From positions 32,426,001-32,490,000 of the forward strand of contig CM069132.1 of assembly GCA_035221665.1 (NCBI GenBank): 64,000 nucleotides of DNA. The letters are read 5' to 3'. The notes below the pieces were generated by a model. That model saw only the letters and a list, made by a program, of their open reading frames with translations, did no database searches and was not told the origin of the DNA. This document shows, one piece after another, positions 61,650-64,000 of this stretch (within the stretch, counting starts at the first letter, position 1; each line of letters begins with the position of its first letter). The translations under genes were made by a program, and so were the position numbers. The DNA is from Okamejei kenojei. Taxonomy: Eukaryota.

Positions 61650-62260
61650 TCAATTTAGTTCAAGAGTTCAAGTGAGTTTATATTCATGTGTCCCTGATAG
61701 GACAATGAAATTCTTGCTTTGCTTTAGCACACCAGAACATAGTAGACACGAATACAGAACAGATCAGTGTGTCCATATACCATTGTATAAATATATATAC
61801 ACATGAATAAATAAACTGATAAAGTGCAAACAAAGAGATTATGGGCTATTAATGTTCAGAGTTTTGTCTGAGCTGAGTTTAATAGCCTGATGGCTGTGGG
61901 GAAGTAGCTATTCCTGAACCTGGTCGTTGCAGTCTTCAGGCTCCTGTACCTTCTACATGAAGGTAGCGGGGAGATGAGTGTGTAGCCCGGATGGTGTGGG
62001 TCCTTGATGATGCTGCCAGCCTTTTTGAGGCAGTGACTGTGATAGATCCCCTCGATGGACGCGAGGTCAGAGCCGATGATGGACTGGGCAGTGTTTAGTA
62101 CTTTTTGTAGTCTTTTCCGCTCCAGGGCGCTCAGGTTTCCGAACCAAGCCACGATGCAACCAGTCTGTATGCTCTCTACTGTGCACCTGTAGAAGTTAGA
62201 GAGAATCCTCCTTGACATACCGACTCTCCGTAATCTTCTCAGGAAGTAGAGGCGCTGATG
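61650..62260 (-). mobile_element. Rex1/Babar 3' end
   Basis: ORF 61856-62218 ILSNFYRCTVESI...RFRNSYFPTAIRLLN; same tail as 15681-15835. Confidence 0.85.
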
Positions 62261-62967
62261 TTGATGTCTAAATTATTCCACACATCATTACAAAGAACTC
62301 ACAAAAATTAGACTTTTTGTTTTACATTTATGTTGTGGATTTGGGACATACGGTCGAGGATGCATTCATCCATTTGGTAGGGAAGGTTGTAAGGGGGCTT
62401 GTTCTTAATCCTCGGTGATCCCTCTGCAGAATTTCACTGCAGCATTTAACACTCCTTCGATTGATCTTCCAAAACTTGAGGACAAAACAGTGGGCACAAT
62501 GGAAGGTTCCAGTCAATCCTGATTTAGAGATGTATCACTGTTTCTTTATTGTTGCCGGATCAACATTCTCGGACTTTCTCCCCAACGTCACTGTGGGAGG
62601 CTTCCACCAGAGAGGCTGCAACCACTGCCTTCTGGTGAGTAGTTGCCATGAAATATTGGCATTTCCAGCAATGTCCACATCTTGTAAATGAACAAAATGA
62701 ATAGCATTTTGAAGGGGGGACTGGATGTGTTGATGCCACCACAGCACTTCCATCGTAAACTAAAGTAATGACAAAGGAATAACTAATCTCAGTGAGTAGT
62801 TTCAGAGCATCCTGTGATGTGGCGGGGCTGATAATGAGTTGACTTTTGGAGGATTCACTGAAGTGAACAGCACTGTAAAGGGTATAGTCCAAAGATACTA
62901 CGCTCTAGTATCTTTTGTATAGACAAAGCCTGGCAAATGACAGGTGAGGGTTTAAAAAAAAAAAGTA

Positions 62968-63260
62968 TAGTAAACCCCTTTTTATAACGGACCTCTTTAT
63001 AACAGATTTCAGTTTTAGCGGCCAGACCTACCGACGGCTGCACGCGCCATCCCTGGCTCACGTTGCATCCTCTGTCACTTGTTCCTTGTCACTGTCCTTC
63101 TGCCGCCACCGCCAGCCCACAGAGGTTCCTCGGCCAATTCCAGGCTGTGCCTGCCGCCGGCACCACTAACCCTTATCTGCACGCTGGCCGGTCGCGGGCC
63201 ACGGCCATTGACTCCGCTAATCCTCGCCTCTATCCCGGCCGGCAGCACATCAGGGCCGTC
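62968..63260 (+). mobile_element. Possible left end of a Tigger/pogo-like TIR element
   Basis: TA followed by (c>t)AGTAAACCCC..TTATAACGGAC..TTATAAC; CpG-rich interior; other end not in window. Confidence 0.4.
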
Positions 63261-63264
63261 AATT

Positions 63265-64000
63265 CACTTGGAGGCCCAGGAGCGGTTGGAGCGGCTGGTG
63301 CAGCGTCCGGGCGGTGGGTTTAAAAAACGAGCATGGGGCTTTGTTCTCACAGAGGCCCAGGAGCGGTTGGAGCGGCTAATGCAGCGTTTCCACTCTGCAA
63401 CGTTGCATCACACTTCAAAAGAAGTGATCTGGAGGAAGCCGCTGATTGGTGGAAGTGGACTAGAGGAAGCAGCTGATTGGGAGTAACCCCAGGTTTGTAT
63501 TTCTGGTTTCTGTTTGTACTTTTTAGTTAAGGGTTCAGTGAGTTAAGGGTACAGTGCGTTAAGGGTACAGTGCGTTAAGGGTACAGCGAGTTAAGGGTTC
63601 AGTGAGTTAAGGGTGCAGTGAGTTAAGGGTACAATGTTTTTTAGTAAAGCTACAGTTTAAAGGATTAAGATTTTTATAGTGGGAGTGAGTTGATTTAATT
63701 TGGGGGTAAGCCATGTCAGTTGAGATCGGCCCCGTGCTCATCCTGCAACATGTGGGAGATCAGGGATATTGTCGGTGTCCCTGGTGACTACGTGTGCAGG
63801 AAGTGTATCCAGCTGCAGCTCCTGGCAGACCGCATTGAGCGGTTGGAGCTGCGGTTGGATTCATACTGGAGCATCCACGATGCTGAGAAAGTCGTGAATA
63901 GCACGTACAGTGAGTTGGTCACACCACAGGTCAAAGTTAAGCGGCCAGAAAGGGAACGGGTGTCCACTAGCCATCATAGCAGTAGGCAGGTAGTGCAGGA
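63265..64000 (+). mobile_element. 5' end of another CR1 (5' UTR + ORF1 start at ~63713), runs off the window
   Basis: ORF1 start highly similar to 25322 onward; same 5' UTR architecture. Confidence 0.9.

Overview
Eukaryotic (vertebrate) genomic DNA; the repeat landscape (CR1, HE1-like SINEs, Penelope, Rex/Babar, L1/Tx1, RTE) suggests a cartilaginous fish such as a skate or ray (inference). Positions 700-11110 hold the last five coding exons of GALNT12 on the + strand, followed by a probable long 3' UTR. The remaining ~50 kb has no host gene I can support and is a stack of nested transposons: a near full-length CR1, a Passport-like Tc1, a CGGBP1/hAT-type element with an 8-bp TSD, two L1s, a 5'-inverted RTE, Harbinger-like MITEs, Helitron-like ends and many Penelope pieces. 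Most notable: (1) a dispersed family of Penelope-derived mini-elements with minimal hammerhead-ribozyme motifs, some as fold-back palindromes; (2) a U-UUA-AAC slippery heptamer (exact in two CR1 copies, one mismatch in a third) at the ORF1/ORF2 junction, suggesting -1 ribosomal frameshifting; (3) a ~1.15-kb direct duplication flanking a doubly truncated L1; (4) a twin-priming-type inversion in an RTE LINE. Repeat boundaries were read by eye and are approximate unless a TSD or TIR is quoted.
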